From Acidobacteriota bacterium (lineage in GTDB: Bacteria > Acidobacteriota > Vicinamibacteria > Vicinamibacterales > UBA2999), in contig VFZN01000006.1 of the NCBI GenBank assembly GCA_016871195.1, forward strand, positions 81,489 through 145,488: a stretch of DNA of 64,000 bases. Direction: 5' to 3'. The notes beneath the pieces were generated by a model. The model searched no databases. It worked only from the letters and a program-made list of their open reading frames with translations, and was not told the origin of the DNA. The first letter of the stretch is position 1. Each line of letters begins with the position of its first letter. This document shows, in pieces, positions 60,905 through 64,000 of this stretch. The position numbers were made by a program, and so were the translations under genes.

Positions 60905-62323
60905 CGCGTCGGTGGCGCAGTGCGCCCGATAGGCGCGGGCGATGGCCTCGGCCGAGCGGGCGATGTCCTCGCGCGTCGTGCTCCAGTTCGAGACCGAGAT
61001 GCGCAGCACCTGTCGGCCCTGCCACACCGCACCTCCGGCCCAGCACGTGCCCTCCGCCTGAATGCTCGCCATCACGCGTCGCGTCATCTCATCGTCATCG
61101 CCGTCGTGCCGCGGGCTGGAGCAGCGTACGAGGACCTGGTTGAGGACCACGTCGTTCAGGATCGACAGCCCGGGCACCGCGGCCAGCTGCTGCGCCATGT
61201 CCCGTGCGTGCGCACACGAGCGGCGAAACAGGTCGATCAGGCCCTCGCGGCCGAGCGTTCTGATGAGCGTGTAGAGCGCAAAGCCCCGCGCCCGACGCGA
61301 GGACTCGGGCACCCAGTCCATGCCCATCCGCTCTTCATCGTCGCCGCGCTGGAGATAGGACGCACGCAAGCTGAGGGCGGCACGATGCGGGGCCGGATGC
61401 GCGACGATGGCGAGGCCGGAGTCGTAGGGCACATTGAGCCACTTGTGGGCGTCGGTGGCCCACGAGTCGGCCTGCGACAGGGAGGCCACCTGGGGCGCCA
61501 GTTCCGGCACGGCGGCGGCCCAGAGCCCGAAGGCCCCGTCGACATGCACCCACGCGCCGTGGGCGTGCGCGATGGAGAGGATGGCGTGCAACGGGTCCGA
61601 CGCGCCGGTGTTCACGTTGCCGGCCTGCGCGCACACAATCACGGGTCCGGTGACGCCGGCGAGTTGCGCGGCCAGAGCGTCGGGGCGCATCCGGCCCTGG
61701 CCGTCGGCGTTGGCCACGCGGAGCTCGCTCGTGCCGATGCCCAGCATGCGTAAGGCGCCCGTGATGGAGACGTGCACCTCGCCACCGACGACCACCGTGA
61801 TGGCGGGCGCCCGCTGCAGTCCCTGCGTTTCGACGTCCCATTCATGGCGGCGCAACACTTCATGCCGCGCAGCCGCCAGACACGTGAAGTTGGCCATGTG
61901 GCAGCCGGTCACGAAACCGACCGAGGCTGAGGCCGGCAGGCCCAGCAGCTCGAGGACCCATCCCGAGACGATGTCTTCGACGACAGCTGCCGCCGGCGAC
62001 ATCACGTAGAGCGCGCCGTTCTGATCCCACGCGCTGGCGAGCCACTCGGTGGCGACCGTCACCGGGACGGCACCTCCGGTGACAAAGCCGAAGTATCGCG
62101 GGCCCACGGTGCTGACGAGCCCGGGCTCGACGCCCGCGCAGAGTGCGTCGAGGACGTCTGCTGCAGGGGCACCCTGCCACGGCAATGCGCCGCCCAGCGC
62201 GTGCAGCAACTGTGCGCGGGTGGCGGTGGCGCCGACGGGGCGTGTGGGGACGCGCGCCAACCAGTCGAGGGCACGAGCGTGCGCCAGATCGAGGAGCGGT
62301 GTGATGTCAGCCACGGGTCGCAT
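60890..62323 (-). CDS. PLP-dependent group II amino-acid decarboxylase family protein
   Basis: 477 aa. PLP-lysine context SWATDAHKWLNVPYDSG. Fold-type I pattern. Confidence 0.82.
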   Translation of the reverse strand: MRPVADITPLLDLAHARALDWLARVPTRPVGATATRAQLLHALGGALPWQGAPAADVLDALCAGVEPGLVSTVGPRYFGFVTGGAVPVTVATEWLASAWDQNGALYVMSPAAAVVEDIVSGWVLELLGLPASASVGFVTGCHMANFTCLAAARHEVLRRHEWDVETQGLQRAPAITVVVGGEVHVSITGALRMLGIGTSELRVANADGQGRMRPDALAAQLAGVTGPVIVCAQAGNVNTGASDPLHAILSIAHAHGAWVHVDGAFGLWAAAVPELAPQVASLSQADSWATDAHKWLNVPYDSGLAIVAHPAPHRAALSLRASYLQRGDDEERMGMDWVPESSRRARGFALYTLIRTLGREGLIDLFRRSCAHARDMAQQLAAVPGLSILNDVVLNQVLVRCSSPRHDGDDDEMTRRVMASIQAEGTCWAGGAVWQGRQVLRISVSNWSTTREDIARSAEAIARAYRAHCATDASASA

Positions 62324-62515
62324 ACCTCACAGCCGCGCTCGCGTGTGTGCGTGTCGGCGTCCACGACACGTCGGCCGGGGGGGCGTCATGCTGACAGGGC
62401 CCGTGGGCGTGCAGGGCGGGAACACGATGCGACGGGCGATGCGTGGGAGACGGGCATGTGGCACGCCTCGGAATGATAGCGGAAGCGGCTGCACCGGCTG
62501 TGATAGCCCTCCGCC

Positions 62516-63208
62516 GTGCCTGCGCTGCTCAGCATCGTTGTCCCGGTGTACAACGAGGCCCGAACCGTCGCGGCCGTGGTCGATCGCCTGCTGACGATCG
62601 ACCTTCCGCTGCCGCGCGAAATCATCATCGTCAACGATGGGTCGACCGACGGAACGCGCGAGGTGCTTGATGCCCTGCCGAGCCGACCTGACGTGCTGCG
62701 CGTGATCCATGCGGCGCGGAATGGCGGCAAGGGCAGCGCCATCAGGACAGGCTTTGCGACGGCGACCGGCACCATCCTCGCCATTCAGGATGCCGATCTG
62801 GAACTGGACCCGGCACAACTGGCGGTGCTGGTGGTCCCGATCCTGGGGGGGCAGACACGCGTGGTGTTCGGGTCGCGCTTCCTCGCGGGCACGCCCGATG
62901 CCCCCATGCACACCATCGTGGCCAACCGTTTCCTGACCGGACTGACGAACGTGCTCTACGGGGCCCGCATCACCGACATGGAGACCTGCTACAAGGTGAT
63001 GGAAACGCCGATTGCGCTGGCGCTGCGGCTGCAGGCCAACCGGTTCGACATCGAGCCCGAGATCACGGCCAAGCTGCTGCGCGCCGGACATCACATTCAC
63101 GAGGTGCCCGTGCGGTTCGAGCCGCGCAGCCGTGCTCAGGGCAAGAAGATTGGCTGGCGCGACGGCGTCAAGGCCATCGACGTACTGATTCGTCATCGCT
63201 TCCTGTGA
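62516..63208 (+). CDS. Family 2 glycosyltransferase (polyprenol-phosphate sugar synthase-like)
   Basis: GTG start. LSIVVPVYNEA, NDGSTDGT, IQDADLE (DxD). Confidence 0.85.
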   Translation: MPALLSIVVPVYNEARTVAAVVDRLLTIDLPLPREIIIVNDGSTDGTREVLDALPSRPDVLRVIHAARNGGKGSAIRTGFATATGTILAIQDADLELDPAQLAVLVVPILGGQTRVVFGSRFLAGTPDAPMHTIVANRFLTGLTNVLYGARITDMETCYKVMETPIALALRLQANRFDIEPEITAKLLRAGHHIHEVPVRFEPRSRAQGKKIGWRDGVKAIDVLIRHRFL

Positions 63209-64000
63209 TGACCGGATGGCCGCAGCGTGGCGTGCTGGTGCTGGCGATCTACGCCGAGCGACTGGGCACGCACGCGGTGGGTGGCTCTGACTCCTCGTGT
63301 TACGGACTCCTGGCGCAGGCCGTCTCCCGAGGGGAGACCGAGCCTGCGTCGGCCCTCGCCATCGACGCACCCTGGCCTGATGCGCAACGCACCACCGCCC
63401 CTGGAGGATTTGTGCCGTCGGCGCAGTCGTCGAGTGGTGCCGCGCCGGTGTGCGCGCCCGGCTACGCCTGGCTGACGGCGCCGGTCCTGCGACTGGCGGG
63501 AGCCGAGGCGTGGTTGCGGCTGTCGTCCCTGGCCGGTGTGCTGCTGGTGTGGGCGACGTTCCTGCTCGCGCAACGGCTGGCGGGCGCGTGGGCCGGACTG
63601 GCGGCGGCAGGACTGGTGGCCTCGTCGCCCGTGCTGCTCTTTCAAGTGGTGCAGCCCATGACCGATGTGGCCTCCGCGGCGGCCTGGCTCTGGGCCCTGG
63701 TGGCCCTCACGCGTGCGGGCGGACCACGCTGGTGGCTGGCAGGTTCGGCCGTGGGGATGGCGCTGCTGATGCGGCCCAATCTGCTGCTCGTGGGCCTGCT
63801 GCTGGGTGTGTGGGTGCTGTGGGCCGGTCGCTTCCGCGGCGCGGTGACGTATGCGGTGGGGGTGATGCCCTGGGGCCTCGCGGTGCTGGCATTGAACGCG
63901 GTGCACTACGGCAGCCCGCTGCGATCGGGCTATGGGTCGGTGGGTGACCTGTTCTCGTGGGCGCATGTGCTGCCCAATGCGGAAGGCTACGCGCGGGCGC
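63208..64000 (+). CDS. Polytopic membrane protein, possible GT-C-fold (ArnT/PMT-like) glycosyltransferase; 3' end outside window
   Basis: Not in the ORF track because no stop falls in the window. My hand translation from the ATG overlapping the GT2 stop (TGATG) is open for all 264 codons to the edge and is Leu/Ala/Trp-rich with several hydrophobic spans. Confidence 0.6.
   Translation, partial: MTGWPQRGVLVLAIYAERLGTHAVGGSDSSCYGLLAQAVSRGETEPASALAIDAPWPDAQRTTAPGGFVPSAQSSSGAAPVCAPGYAWLTAPVLRLAGAEAWLRLSSLAGVLLVWATFLLAQRLAGAWAGLAAAGLVASSPVLLFQVVQPMTDVASAAAWLWALVALTRAGGPRWWLAGSAVGMALLMRPNLLLVGLLLGVWVLWAGRFRGAVTYAVGVMPWGLAVLALNAVHYGSPLRSGYGSVGDLFSWAHVLPNAEGYARA

Noticed and set aside
62472-62508. 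TGATAGC boxes as additional members of the CTATAnT -10 family (leaderless GT2).
   Set aside because: They lack the terminal T and the TA..T pattern of a -10 element. I kept them only as a possible operator repeat in the GT2/decarboxylase finding.

Overview
GC-rich bacterial chromosomal segment, roughly two-thirds G+C by eye (not computed). It is densely packed and almost entirely core housekeeping. The Acidobacteria-type VWFA-related protein and overall gene content suggest Acidobacteriota, but this is inference only. I support about 60 protein genes and one tRNA.

Gene content from left to right:
- smc 3' end, DUF4097-like lipoprotein, M48 protease, glpQ, SRPBCC protein.
- A roughly 18.5 kb all-minus-strand array (22399 down to 3896): M24 peptidase, htrA, sugar-1-P nucleotidyltransferase, AmgK-like kinase, TIM-barrel isomerase, asnS, rimO, rimP-nusA-infB-rbfA-nrnA-truB, rpsO, pnp, cupredoxin-like gene.
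- VWA protein, two small lower-GC genes, glgP, a PLP dehydratase and DmpA-like peptidase as a divergent pair.
- tRNA-Leu(CAG), udk, sppA, ppiD.
- mreBCD-mrdA-rodA-rng.
- A secreted AP/S8/OMP cluster.
- deoA-nupC-punA-cdd-mtnA-tsaD.
- HD protein plus tandem ABC-2 systems, hbd, TatT-like TPR protein, folE, PLP decarboxylase, GT2, and an ORF-track-missed membrane ORF running off the right edge.

I found no CRISPR array, IS element, prophage, integrase or recognisable defence or toxin system. I cannot honestly nominate a convincing novel multi-gene system.

The most interesting signals are regulatory or structural:
- A recurrent CTATAnT -10 box, often only 6-11 nt from start codons that lack a Shine-Dalgarno (likely leaderless mRNAs).
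- A structured, SD-sequestering rpsO leader (candidate S15 autoregulatory RNA).
- A terminator-like attenuator immediately before rimP-nusA.
- A tRNA-Leu whose encoded CCA end lies 3 nt from the udk start codon.
- A duplicated palindrome plus gene 3' end bracketing the SRPBCC gene.

All start codons are hand-refined from the ORF track. That track appears to render GTG and TTG starts as M.
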